Source of the DNA: the human T2T-CHM13v2.0 reference genome, Homo sapiens
Length of the DNA: 64,000 nucleotides
Assembly: GCF_009914755.1 (NCBI RefSeq)
Contig: NC_060925.1
Strand: one strand, 5' to 3'
In this document: positions 14,951-31,114 of the stretch, in pieces
Position numbering within the stretch: position 1 is the stretch's first letter
Layout of the letters: the number at the start of each line of letters is the position of its first letter
Translations under genes and position numbers: made by a program
Notes under the pieces: generated by a model
Databases searched by the model: none
The model's input: the letters and a program-made list of their open reading frames with translations, nothing else
What the model was told of the DNA's origin: nothing

Positions 14951-16782
14951 TTAAAGGGACATTTCCTATCTTATTTTATGAACCCAGTATTGCCGATTCC
15001 AAATCGAGACAAAGGCATTATATAACTTTGATGTTTATCCCTCATAAACATAGACTCAAAAGTCCTTAAAACATAATAACCAGTTGAATGTAGCAGTACA
15101 TAGAATGGATAATAAACTGTGAACAAATTAAATTTCTAGCAAGATTGCAAAGTTAATTTATTATTTGAAAGATCAGTTTAATCAATTTTATTCACCTGGA
15201 TGGTTACACCTGGCAAAACTCAGCAAACTGTGCACTTTAAAATAGTATTTATTTTATGTCAATTATGTTTCAATACAATTGATTTAAAAAAAAAAAAAAA
15301 CGTTTCCCAGAGTGATCAAAATGGAGGGCAGGGAACAGTAAACATCAGTGCTTATGTTATAGCTACTAGAAGCCTCCCAATTCCAACGACATGCTTTCAA
15401 GCAGGTCTGATCCTTCCCCTGGAGGATACCTCTGACCCAGGTGTGCTACAAATGCATTGCCCCTAGTTGCTTCTGTCACCTTAGTGATGGAAGTGACAAG
15501 AGGGTACTGGAGAAAGAAAAGGTGTACAAGGTTCCAAATGTACATTCTATTTCCAAAGGACATTTGTGAAGCCAGTGGAAAGCGAACAAACAAGCTGCTA
15601 AATAAGTCACAAGTGTGTTCTCGTACAGTTTTGCGATTAACTAAATAGGACATTCAACAGATAAAATTTGTTTTACATAGTTACTCCTCTAATAGGATGA
15701 ACTTGTGGATTGTGAGATAGGGCTGATATAACCTGTTTTCTCTCTGCCTCTTTTTTTCCCCCAAGTTTTGTGTGCAATACATTAGGAAAAATATAATTGG
15801 GCTACAAAGCTACAAAAATGGCTTCCTGGCAGTTCCATGCTTGTTTCCATGTGGTGCCTATGTTTGGCACTGTGTTCTCATTTGCACTTTCCTACTTGAT
15901 TAGTTAATGTATGAAGGACAAGCCTGATCTCTACTGTGAATTTTTACCAAGGTATTCTAGTAGAAAAATGAGTATGTAACGGTGCTGTGGAATTCTAAAG
16001 TGTGTAAAACATTAAGAATCTAAAAATATGCTCATTTCCAAGTTTTGTCCCAGAGCAACTGTGCACTCTGATTATATCGCTACTGCTATTTAAAGTTATC
16101 CATTTGCATGTCTAAAAAATAGATTCATACTGATTGTCCCATTTTGATCTCAAAAAACTCCTGAATATGAGAGTCGTGATCAAGGGACTCTTCATGAAAT
16201 GTTCCAAAGTTAAAGTGTGCAATGAAACCAGATTTATCATAGCCTTATTTAAAATAATTATTTCTAAAATTGTTATTGTTTAATTATAAACGGTATCCTT
16301 TCAGGATACTTGGAAGATCCATAGCAGTGTTTTTATTTTCACAGAACAAGCATAAATTATTTATGAAATAATAACTCAGATACAGAGATTACTTCCTATT
16401 GGCCTTACATATGAATATAAAGAAATACATATTATGAACATGAGCATACTTATTTTATAATTATGTAAATGTGTGTGTAATGTTATATATAAGTGCAATA
16501 AAGTCATGCTTATACATGGTTTCAATTCATGCTTCTAAAAACCACTCAATGTAGTCATTATCATATGTTAATAAATAATCTCTGAAAATGTGCTTCTAGT
16601 AGTTGCACAATATCCCATCATAAAGATTGTCATGCTGTTTTTAAGTCATACTTTTGAGTATATAAGTTATATCTGATATTTTTCTGCTACATATATACTA
16701 TTATAAATCTAATAGTAGCTGATTTTTTGTCAACACATATGATTGTTTCCTCACAATAGTACAAGAGTTGGTTGTAACTTTA

Positions 16783-18812
16783 TTTCCTTCCAACATTTAT
16801 TTAGGTTCAGCGGGTACATGTGCAGGTTTATTATATGGGTAAAATGTGTGTCAATGGGATTTGGTGTACAGATTACGTAGTCATCCAGGTAGTGAACGTA
16901 GTATCTAATAGGGAGTTTTTTGATCCTCACTCTCCCCCCACGCTCCACCCACAGTAGACCTTGTGTCTATTGTTCCCTTCTCTGTGTCCATGTGGACTCA
17001 ATGTTTAGCCCCCACTTATAAGTGAGAACATGCAGTGTTTGTTTGGTTTTCTGATCCTGCATTAATTCACTTAGAATAATGGTATCCAGCTCCATTCATG
17101 TTGCTGCAAAAGACATTATTTCATCCTATTTTATAGGTGTGTAGTATTCCATGGTGTATGTACGCTGCATTTTTTTAATCCAGTCTTCTGCTAACAGGCA
17201 TCTAAGTTGATTCTGTGTCTTTGCTATTGTGAATAGTGTTATAATGAAAATATGCGTGCATATGTCTATGACGGAATGATTTATATTCCTTTGGGTATAT
17301 ACCCAATAATGGGATTGCTGGGTTGAATGGTAGTTCTGTTTTAAGTTATTTCAGAAATCTCCAAACTGCTTTCCACAATGGCTGAACAAATTTACATTCC
17401 TGATGAAACTGGAGACTTCCCTGACTCCCCTTGGCAGGATGTGCAACAGGGGTGTGGCTTGTCTGGCCACCGTGTGTGCTGTCAAACCCCTTACTGGGCA
17501 GGGGAGCATGCAGACAGGCAGGTGCAATAGGCAGGGCAAGTGGCCATGGTACTGTCTAGGGGTGGGTTCCTGCGACTCCCACAGCCCAAGTGGGCATGTG
17601 TTACAGTGCACTCTTTTAGCTTTGCCATCCACAGACGGCTTAAGTGTTAACCTGTTCAGTGCCCTCTTGGTACCCAGTTCCTTGTCCAGCATCCAGAAAG
17701 AATTAAGTTGCACACAGACTTGAGGATGGTGAATGTGGGGGTTTTATTGAGTGGTGGAGGTGGCACTCAATGGGATGGATGGGGAGCTGGAAAGGGGATG
17801 GAATGGAAGATGATCTTCTCCGGGAGCTTTGCCATCCGGAGGCTGATCTCTCCAACCACTGCCAGCCAAACTCCTCTTGGCATTCAGATGCTCCTTCTCT
17901 TCTTTCTGCCACATCATTCTGCAATTCTGCTCTTCTGTTCATCTCCTCATCTGCTTGTCTGCTTCTGGAGCCTGAGGTCTGGGGCATATATGGGTACAGG
18001 ACAGGGGGTGCATGGTGAGCTGAAAGACAACTTTTGGGTGCAAAAGCAGGAATGCCTGTTCCCATTTAGGGCCATGGGTTTCCAGGCTTGTGGGCAGGGC
18101 TTTGCCAGAGAACCACTCTCTTCTACCCAGTATTTCCCTGTCTCCTTTCTATATCACCACCAGCAGTGTATAAGCATTCCCTTTTTTCCACAAACTCGGC
18201 ACCGTCTGTTATGTTTAGATTTTTTAATAGTAGCCATTCTGACCGGTGTGATATGGTATCTCATGGTTCTGATTTTCTGATGATTAGTGATGTTGAGTAT
18301 TTTTTCATATGGTTGTTTGCCATACATACGTTGTCTTTTGAAAAAAGAATCCACAGACGGCTTAAGTGTTAACCCGTTCAGTGCCCTCTTGGTACCCAAG
18401 TCCTTGTCCAGCATCCAGAAAGAAGTTGCACATGGACTTGAGGATGGTGCATGTGGGGGTTCATGTTCTTTGCTTATTTGTAGTGGGTTTGTTTTTTGCT
18501 TATTGATTCTTTATACATGCTAAGTATTAGACCTTTTTCAGATATGTAATTTGAAAATATTTTCTTCTGTTCTGTAGGGAGTTCTCTGTTGATAGTTTCT
18601 TTTGCTGTGCTGAAGCTCTTTAGTTTCATTAGGTCCCACTCGTCAATTCTTCTTGTTGCAATTGCTTTTGGAATCTTCATCATGAAATATTTGCCTGCGT
18701 CTATATCCAGAATGATATTTCCTAAGTTTTCTTCTACGGTTTATATAGTTTTGGGTCTTACATAAGTCCTTCATCCATCTTGAGTTGATTTTTGTATATG
18801 GTGAAAGGAAGG
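16783..18812 (-). mobile_element. LINE-1 (older L1PA/L1PB-like) 3' end and ORF2 end, interrupted by an LTR and truncated by the satellite
   Basis: ggtacatgtgcaggttt, cccacttataagtgagaacatgcag, tagccattctgaccggtgtgatatggtatctc, tccatcttgagttgatttttgtatatggtgaaagg. Confidence 0.9.
17401..18155 (-). mobile_element. ERV1 solo LTR (MER52/LTR27/LTR28-like)
   Basis: TG...CA termini; minus-strand start tgatatagaaaggagacagggaaatactgggtagaaga; splits the L1 at tttacattcc|caccagcag. Confidence 0.75.
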
Positions 18813-21800
18813 GAGTGTACATGCCCCTGTGATATTGTTCCTAATATCCAGGTTGGGAGAGGATATTATACTCAATATTGCAGGAAGTGTCGACCACCCT
18901 GAATATTGCTTTTAATATCCGGGGAGAGAGGGTGATATTACTCCCAATATCATCCTCTCCCCCCACACCCTGCATAGTACAAGCAATAGCAAAGGGGGTC
19001 TGTGCAACACGTGCAATATTGGGAGTAATATCCTCCCCCAACATGGATATTAGAAACAGTATCACAAGGGGTTGTACACCACCTGTGATATTGGGGAGTA
19101 CTATCATTTTCCTTCCCCATGGATATGTAGAACAATATCACAAAGGTGGTGTACAACCCCTGCTATATTGGGAGTAATACTGTACTTTCCCCACCTAGAT
19201 ATTAGGAACAATATCACAGGAGGTTATACACCACTGCAACATTGGGAGTAATATCATCCTTTCCCTCCCTGGATATTAGGAACAATACCTCATGGGTGTG
19301 TACACCCTGTTCCATATTGGGATTAATATTTTCTCCCTTGCTGGACATAAGGAACAATATAACGGGGGGTATACACTCCTTATGATATTGCCAGTAATAT
19401 TATAGACTCCCCCCAGGGATATTAGAAAGAGTATCAGAGAGGGGTGTACATCCCCTGCGATATTGGGAATAATATTCTTTCTTTCCCTGGATATTAGGAA
19501 TAATATCACAAAGGGGTTGTATACCCCCCGTGACATTTTAATTAATATCATCTTCCCCACTGAATATTAGGAACAAATTCCCAGGGGGTTGTACACCACC
19601 TGCAATATGGACAGCTATATCATTGTCTCTCCCCCGAATATAAGGAACAATATCACAAGGGGGTTGTACAACCCCTGTGATATTGGGAGTAACTTTTTAC
19701 CCTTTCCACATGGATATTAGGAACAATATCACAGGGTGGGTGTACACCCACTGCGATATTGGGAGTAATATCATCCTCTACCCCCTGGGTATTATGAACA
19801 ATATCATGGGGAGGGGGTGTATGCCCTCTGTGATATTGGGAGTAATATCATCCTGTCCCCTCTGGATATTAGGAATGATATCACAGCGGGGCTGTACCTT
19901 TTCTGCACTATTGGGAGTGGTATCACCCTCTACCCCTATGGATATTAGGAACAATATCACAAAGGGGGTGTACACATCCTGTGATATTGAGAGTAATATT
20001 GTCCACTCTTCCCCGGGATATTAAGAACAATATCACAGGCGGAGTGTACACCCCCTGCTATTTTACCTGTAATATTTTTCTCTCCCAACCTGGATATTAG
20101 GAATAATATAACACGAGGGGTGTACACCACCTGTGATATTGGGAGTAATATCATTCTCTCCCCCCATGGATATTGAGAACAATATCACAGGGGCGGTTTA
20201 CAACTCCTGCGACATTTAGAGTAATATCATCCTTTTCCCCCATGGATATTAGGAACGATATCGCATGGGAAGTGTACACCCCTGCCATATTGGGAGTAAT
20301 ATTTTCTCCCTTGCTGGACATTAGGAACAATATCATGGGAATGCACACACCCTGTGATATTGCCAGTAATATCATAGTCTCCTCCCAGGATATTAGGAAC
20401 AATATCACAAGGGGGGTGTACATGCCCTGTGATATTGGAAGTAATATCATCGACTCCCCCCACGGATATTAGTAACAATATCAGAAGGGGTGTACACCCC
20501 TTGCGATATTTATAGTACTATCATCCTATACCCCCTGGATATCAGGAACAATACCACGGGGGGGGTGTATACCCACTGTGATATTGGGAGTAATTTCGTC
20601 CTCTACCCCTTGGATGTTAGGAGCAGTATCACAAGGGGGGTGTGCAACCTTTGCGATATTAAAAATAATACCATTCTCTCCTTCTCTGGATACTAGGAAT
20701 AATATCACAGTGCTGGTGTGCACCCTTTACACTACTTGGAGCAATATCACCCTCTCCCCAACTTGATATTAGAGACAATATCATGGGGAGTGGCGTGTAA
20801 CACCCTGCACTGTTGGGAGTACTATCATCTAGTCTTCCCCTGGATATAAGAAACAGTATCACAGAAGGGGTCTACACCTCCTGAGATTTTGGGAGTAATA
20901 TCATCCTCTCCAAATCTGGATATTAAGAACAGTATGATGGGGTGTGGGGAGTAATATGGTGGGAGTAATACAATCCTCCTCCCCACTAGATATTAGGAAC
21001 AATATTGCAAAACGTGTGTACACCCACTGTGACATTTGGAGTAATATCAACATTTCCCCACCTGGTATCACGGGGAGAGTGTACACTCCTTACGATATTG
21101 GAAGTATCATTGTCTCTCACTCTCGATATTAGGAAAAATAGCACAGGGTGTGTATACACTTCCTGTGATTTTGGGAAGAACATCATACCCTTCTGTCTTT
21201 GATATTAGGAACAATATCACAGAGGGGGTGTACAACTTCTGTGATATTATAATATTCTTTCTTCCCATGGATATTAAGAATGATATCCTGGGGGGCTTGT
21301 TGTACACCCCCTGTGATACGGACAGTAATATCATTGTCCTTCCCCCTACATATTAGAAACAATATCACAAGGGTGGTATACACCCCCTGGATATTAGAAA
21401 CTATCACAGGGGGGCTCTACAACCTCTTTGATACTGTGAGTAATACCATTGTCTCCTCTCCTGGGTATTAATAACAATATCATAGGGTGGGTGTACACCC
21501 CCTGCAATATTGAGAATAATATCATCCTCTCTTCCCCAGGATATTAGGAATGGTATCACAGGTGGAGTTTACACCCCCTGCAATTTTGTCAGTAATATTA
21601 CTTCTGGATGTTATTGAATATATCACAGTGGGGGTGTACACCCCCTGTGATATGGGGAGTAATAGCATCCTCTTTCCCACTGGATACTACAAACAATATC
21701 GCAGATTGTGTACAACCTCCTGTGATATTGTTCACAATATTTAGGGAAGGAGAGGATGATATTACTCCACATATCGCAGGGAGTGTTACATCCCCTGTAA

Positions 21801-22664
21801 TATTGTTCATAATATTTAGAAGACGACAGGATGATATTACTCCCAATATAGTAGGAAGTATACACTCCCCTGTGATACTGTTCATAATTTTTAGGGGATT
21901 AGAGGATGATATTACTTCCAATATCACAGGGAGTGTACACTGGTGATATTGTTTATAATTTTCAGTGGATTAGAAGATATTATTCCAAATATCACAGGGG
22001 TTGTACATCCCCAAGTGATATTGTTAATATCCAGTGGGAAAGAGGATGATATTACTCCCCATATCACGGGGGATGTAAACCCATTTGTGGTATTGTCACT
22101 TACATCCGGGGGGAAGAGGATGATATTACTCTGCATATCATAGAGGGTGCACACGGCTGTAATGTTGTCCATAATAACATCCAGAGGGGAAGAGAATATT
22201 ATTCCCATGTTTCAGAAGGTGTACACACCCCTGTGATAGTCTCTGTAACATTTAGGGAAGAAGGGGATGATACTACTCCAGATATTGCAGGGGGTGTACA
22301 CCCCCCTGTGATACTGTTCGTAACGTTTAGGGGGAAGAGGATGATATTACTCCCCATATCGAAGGGATTGTACATCTCCCTATATATTGTCCATAACATC
22401 CAGGGCAGGAGAGGATATTACTACTCCCCATATCACAGGGGGTGGACACCCCCCTCTAAATATGTCTAACATCCAGGCGGGGACAGGAGGATATTTTTCC
22501 CCATAACCCAGAGAAAGTAACCTCCCGTGATATTGTCCATAACATCCAGTGGGGAGAGGATGATATCACTCCCCATATTGCAGGGGGTGCACACTCCACT
22601 CTGATATTGGCCGTAATATCCGGGGGGGGGGGTGAAGTATGAAGTCACAACACATATCGCAGGG
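18811..22664. repeat. SATR1/SATR2-like satellite, left part (~74-bp monomer)
   Basis: Tandem diverged monomers gatattgggagtaatatcatcctctcccc-tggatattaggaacaatatcacagggggtgtacaccccctg; orientation flips at ~18945 and ~21710. Confidence 0.9.
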
Positions 22665-22969
22665 ATTATTAGTATCAGATTGTTTGAAGGGCTCACAGTA
22701 AGGGTAGTAGTAGGGCGAGTTCTAACTCAAATAGGGGAAATGTGATGGCTACTAGAAAGAATTTTATGGAGAAGGGAATGTGGGCAGAGGATAGAGGGTC
22801 AAATCTGCATTCATAAGGGCTAGATTTTTCTATATATATTTATTTTATACTATATATATATATTTTTTTCTCTCTGTACATATATATATTAAGTTGTGGG
22901 CCAAAATGTAATAATTATTAGTAACAGGGCTAATAGGGTGTTGATTACTAGGGTTAATGCTAGGTGAAT
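22665..22969 (-). pseudogene. MT-ND3: NUMT ND3 pseudogene (5' part)
   Basis: Minus strand encodes [47 protein letters not shown] (mt code); interrupted by a TA-rich expansion. Confidence 0.9.
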
Positions 22970-23030
22970 TACTGTTTTTTGGATGCTATCAAAACTTTGG
23001 AAATCATGGTACTATTTATACTAAAAGAGT
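22970..23030 (-). pseudogene. MT-TG: NUMT tRNA-Gly pseudogene
   Basis: Reverse complement begins actcttttagtataaatagtacc; lies between COX3 and ND3; short internal deletion. Confidence 0.88.
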
Positions 23031-23629
23031 AAGATCCTCATCAATAAATAGAAACATACAAGAATAGTCATACTACATCTACAAAGTGTCGATATCAGGC
23101 AGTGGCTTCAAAGGCAAAGTGATGACTAGATGTAAAGTAGTGGTATTTTAATTGGCGGAGAAGGCAGACTGAGGAATGTTGATCCAATAATGACGTGAAT
23201 TCTGTGAAAGCCTGTAGCTATAAAAAATGTTGAGCCATAAATACCATCAGAAATAGCAAAGGGAGCTTTGAAGTATTCTGAGACTTGTAGGAGGGTGAAG
23301 TAAATATCTAATATAATTGTAACAAGTAGTGCTTGGATTGTATGTTTTTGATTATTTTTCGTTAGGCTGTGATGGGCTCAAGTAATTGAAACTCCTGATG
23401 CAAGTAATACAGATGGATCCAGGAGAGGTACTTCCAGGGGGTCAAGAGGAGAAATACCTGTTGGGGGTCAATGCCCTCCTAATTCTGGAGTAGGGGCTAG
23501 GCTAGAATGGTAGAATGCTCAAAAGAATCCAGCGAAGAGGAATATTTCTGAGATAATAAATAGGACTGTCCCATATTGGAGGCCTTTTTGAACAGTTGTT
23601 GTATGGTGACCCTGAAATGTACTTTCTCA
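23031..23629 (-). pseudogene. MT-CO3: NUMT COX3 pseudogene (3' part)
   Basis: Minus strand encodes [75 protein letters not shown] (mt code). Confidence 0.93.
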
Positions 23630-23919
23630 GATACAGAACACCCTTGGTCAATTGAATACAGATCAATCACTTTAAGTAAGCTAAGTCCTTACTAAATTGA
23701 TGAGACTTAAACCCATGAAAACTTAACAGCTAAACTCCCTAGTCAACTGGTTTGAATCTACTTCTCCAGCCACTGGGGGAAAAAAGGTGAGAGAAGCAGG
23801 ATTGAAGCTGCTTCTTTGAATTTACAATTCAACATGAAAATCACCTTGGGACTGGTAAAAACAGGCGTTGACCTCTGTTTTTAGATGTACAGTCTAATGC
23901 CCTACTCAATCATTTTACC
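23630..23919 (-). pseudogene. NUMT tRNA-Ala (partial), tRNA-Asn, OL origin, tRNA-Cys, tRNA-Tyr
   Basis: WANCY order: Ala end ..aagctaagtcctt (23690), Asn 23692-23760, OL-like cttctc..aaaaaa..gagaag 23761-23796, Cys to 23853, Tyr ggtaaaa..cattttacc 23854-23919. Confidence 0.88.
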
Positions 23920-23938
23920 CTTTTTTCTCACTTCATTT

Positions 23939-24991
<1,053 letters not shown>

Positions 24992-25045
24992 GAGGCTTAT
25001 ATTATGGTTCATTCATATATTTAGAAACCTGAAAGTTTCTAAATA

Positions 25046-25588
25046 AGTTGTAAAAAAGTTGTAAAAAAAACCCCAGCTGAAATAACTACTAAGGTGCCTT
25101 TAATATTCTGAAGACAAAATAGCTAAGATCCAAACTGGGAGTAGATACCCCGCTATGCTTAACTCTAAACTCGAATAGTTAGATCAACAAAACTGTTCGC
25201 CAGAACACTACAAGCAACAGCTTAAAACTCAAAGGACTTGGCGGTGCTTTATATCCCTCTAAAGGAGCCTGTTCTATAATCGATAAACCCCAATTTACCT
25301 CACCACCTCTTGCCCAGCCTAAATACCTCCATCTTCAGCAAACCCTGGAAAGGCCACAGAGTAAGCACAAGTATCTACATAAAAACTTTAGGTCAAGGTG
25401 TAGCCCATAAGGTGGCAAGAAATGGGAACGTTTTCTACATCCAGAAAAATGTCGCGACAACCGTTATGAAATCTAAGGGCTCAAGGAGGATTTAGCAATA
25501 AATTGAGAGCAGAGTGTTTAATTGAATAAGGCCATGAAGCATGCACACACCGCCCGTCATCCTCCTCAAATATATTCTAGAAACTCAT
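25046..25588 (+). pseudogene. MT-RNR1: NUMT 12S rRNA pseudogene (3' half)
   Basis: caaactgggagtagataccccgctatgc, cttaaaactcaaaggacttggcggtgcttt, ggtcaaggtgtagccca, cacaccgcccgtca. Confidence 0.95.
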
Positions 25589-27730
<2,142 letters not shown>

Positions 27731-27734
27731 GTAT

Positions 27735-28135
27735 AGAATAAAGCAGGCGGAGGAAGATGGGATAACCTTGCTAGCTGAAGCTTCTGTCTCTCTTTTTTTC
27801 TTCTTCCCGTGCAGGACACTTGCTTCCCTTCTTCCTGCCCTCGGACATGAGACTCCAGGTTCTTATGCCTTTGGACTCTGGGACTTGCACCAGCAGCTTC
27901 CCCGAGGCTCTCAGGCCCTCGGCCTCATACTGAAGACTGCACTGCGGGCTTTCCTGGTTTTGAGGCTTTTGGACTTGGACTGAGCCACTACTAGCTTCTC
28001 TCTTTCCCTACCTGGCAGACAGCCTATTGTGGGACTGCCTTCTAACCGTGTGAACCAATTCTCTCTGGTAAACTCCCTTATACATATACATGCATCTTGT
28101 TGGTTCTGTCCCTCTGGAGAACCCTGACTCATACA
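27735..28135 (+). mobile_element. MLT2 (ERVL) LTR, 3' part
   Basis: agactccaggttct..gcctttggactctgggacttgcaccagc, cagcctattgtgggact, ggttctgtccctctggagaaccctgactcataca. Confidence 0.85.
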
Positions 28136-29676
28136 TTTTGTTTATTTTTTCTCCATTGCCCTTTCCTCTGCTTCTAGGCTTACCTAGACCACCACCATTC
28201 TTTCCCCCTTTCTAAAGTAAAAGTTGTTTTTTTCTCACTAAATGCATGGTATTCTGCCCATTTTCCATGGCTTCCCTCAGCTCTGCTCTGTTTATTCTTG
28301 CTATCTTAAGAGGAAATCCCTGCCTCTTCCGTGGCTTTTCCCACTTGGTCTACACACTGGTTTCTGTTGTTCTCAGAGACACACTGAGACTTTTCACATC
28401 TCACTGTCACTTCTTGGAAGGGCTCTCTACCTCGTCTGCCTGCTGAGCAACCTCTTGGGGAGACACGGGCCCTCTTGAGTCACTGAACTTGAGCTATTTG
28501 GTGTTGGTATGTTAATTTATCTTCTTAGACCACTTACCACTTCTTTAACTTCAAAAGAGAAGAATAAGTATTATTTTCCATGGTTGATATGAAGAGTAGA
28601 AATAACTTATACAAAATGCATTGCAGTTAAGTGATAATAAATGGCCGTGAATGCCCTTATTAATGTTATTCTATCAGTCTCGGCTCAGATACCATCTGCT
28701 CTGTAAGTTCTGCTCTGAATCATATCTGCTTCTTCTCTGGGTTCCTTGTGCTCTGTTCTTAACTACTTTAAAGCAGTAATTGTTCTGATTCTAATTAGTG
28801 ATCCTTCCCAATAAAATTTTAATTTTGTAGATCTCTTCCCCCCACCCCTGCCCCAGCCTAACCAGTGTTTTCTTACTTTTTTGTGTACAGGCTACATCAC
28901 TGGTCTTTTATTTGTGGCTAAATAAATGTTGTGTTAGAAGAGTAAAGAGTTCCCAGTTACATGGGATCTATAGTTCTACAAAATGAATGTATACGTAATC
29001 CATGTAAACATTTCACTTATTTTAAAACAATTTTTTAATTTTTAAATTAAATTTAATTTGTGCATGTGTGTGAGACCAGAGTGAGACCAGAGATGGCGGC
29101 GGTGAGGGGCGGTGGTCTCACCATGTTGCCCAGGCTGGTCTTGAACTCCCCTTCAAGTGCCCCCCTCCTCACCTGGCCCCCCTCACCTTGCCTCCTCCCC
29201 CTCACTCCTATGCCAGCCCCTGCCATTCCCTATCCCCTCTGTTGACCGCAAGACTCAACAAGTGACTTGCTGAGCAAGCCCTGCTGAGAAGAGGTCTGTT
29301 TAGGGACACAGGAGGCCAAGTACACAAAAAAGCAAAAGAACTAGCATGCCTTTTTCATTGGATGTCTATTTTACAGGGCTGGCTTCATATTATTGTTATA
29401 GCTTTAAATAAAAGGACCGTTTTGTCATCTCGGCCCGTGGCCTACATTATTTCTCTACTGTCCATTGCCCTGGGCGCTTGACTAATAATTTAACAGCAAT
29501 TTTTTTTTTAAATTTTAAATCATGATTCATTGCATTGCTGTAAGAGTAATTAGAGGTAAATTAGGGCTTGAAACTGCCTGTAGTGGGTTACTTTCTGAGA
29601 TCTTAGCATAATTATCAGGTGAGAGGGTGAAGTTTTAATTAGCGCTAAGTGGGATAGAAATTCAATGCACTGAAAC

Positions 29677-29980
29677 TGCAGTGTCCAATTCAGTAGGCGC
29701 TAGCCACCTGTAACTGTTGAGCACTTGAAATCCTGGCTAGTCCTAATTGAGATATGTTGTGTTAAATATACTGGATTTTGTCATTGGAGTGGGAAGAACA
29801 GCGAAGAATATCTGCTTGATATTTTTTTATATTGATTACATGTTAAAATTATTACTATGATTACTATTTGGGACATACTGAGTTAAGTATATTTAAAATT
29901 AATTTCACCTTTTAATGGGGCTTACTAGTACATTTAAAATTACATATATGGCTCACATATTTATTGGACAGCACGGCTCT
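29677..29980. mobile_element. hAT-Charlie MITE (MER33/MER3-like)
   Basis: gtgtccaat..ctagccacctgt..ttgagcacttgaaat..ggctagt ... atttaaaattacatatatggctcacat..ttattggacagcac. Confidence 0.7.
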
Positions 29981-31078
29981 AGAAGTTTAGGAAGAAATAA
30001 GAAAAATATTGAGAATAGGTAGCAACAGTAGGAAGTTTGACCTCCTGTAAGACTGATTCCAATAAAACTAATAGGTGATAGTTTTAATTGGCTTTTTCCT
30101 ACTAGAAAAAGTAAGTGTACTTTACATGTCTCTTTGTTCTCCCTCTTTCCCTTCAATTCAGTGGTTAGCGTGTATTTACTATATCAGGCTGAATATTCAC
30201 TAAGCAGTGTTAAGAAGACTTAGGTAAATGATTCCCTGATGAACACACTTGATTTTCAAAGCACTTTCCTAACCCATTTTTAATTGGAATAGAGTCAAAG
30301 GTAGATGGCTTATTAGTAGTCATCTCTTTTAAACCTCATGGAATTTTCCCGTTAAATCTCAAAGTAAACAATTTGTTATAGGCTGTTTTGTCAAGTGCAT
30401 GGAAGGGACAGCATAAGACATGTGGTACTTCATTTCAAAATTACTTGAGATGGTTTTCATTATAATCATACATTATTTGCTTCTGGTTTTCCGGAAAAGC
30501 CAGTTAAACCTGTGGTTCATTTAGATATAAATGAAATATCCTCAAAGGATTGCTCAAAGTGACTTATGCAACTTGAATATATATTTTTTTCTGTAGGGTG
30601 TTTATTCCAAATTATCTGGCCATTTGTGGCAATTTGCAGTTTTTTAGAAAACACCAAATATTTTTCAAGTTAGAGATGTTTTAATAAAAACAGTCATATT
30701 GAACTGGAAGCAGCCAAATAAAATGGCCCTTTATTTCACAGTTGAGAATTTGAAATTGGAAGGTAATTAACATATGTAAGGATGATGTATTTGCTGCCTG
30801 GCTTATAGGAATGAGCCAAGGTGTTTTTTGAGGGATGTTGTTGCTGTGTATGTCCCACCTATTTTGCTTCCTTAATGAACAATGCAAGTTTGAGACAGAA
30901 ATATTTGAGAACATTTTTATCAGTTGCGACATTTTGATAGTGAACATTTTATATCTTCTGTCAACTTAAAATGTTTGCATCTTCTGTCTGCTTAAAATGT
31001 TTAATTTGTTATAGCCAAATAATTTGGCTATAATTGATAATTTAATTTATCAAATTAAATTGCTTTTTTTCCCTTTAG

Positions 31079-31114
31079 ACTTTCTTCAGTCACATCTGAA
31101 TAAATCCCTTAGAG
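31079..31114 (+). pseudogene. ASNS: ASNS 5'UTR mini-exon homologue (36 nt)
   Basis: ttttttccctttag|actttcttcagtcacatctgaataaatcccttagag|gtaagc; resembles recalled ASNS 5'UTR attttcttcaatcacatctgaataaatcacttgaag; both splice sites intact. Confidence 0.75.

Noticed and set aside
17708-18280. 190-aa ORF
   Set aside because: Chance frame running antisense across an LTR and L1.
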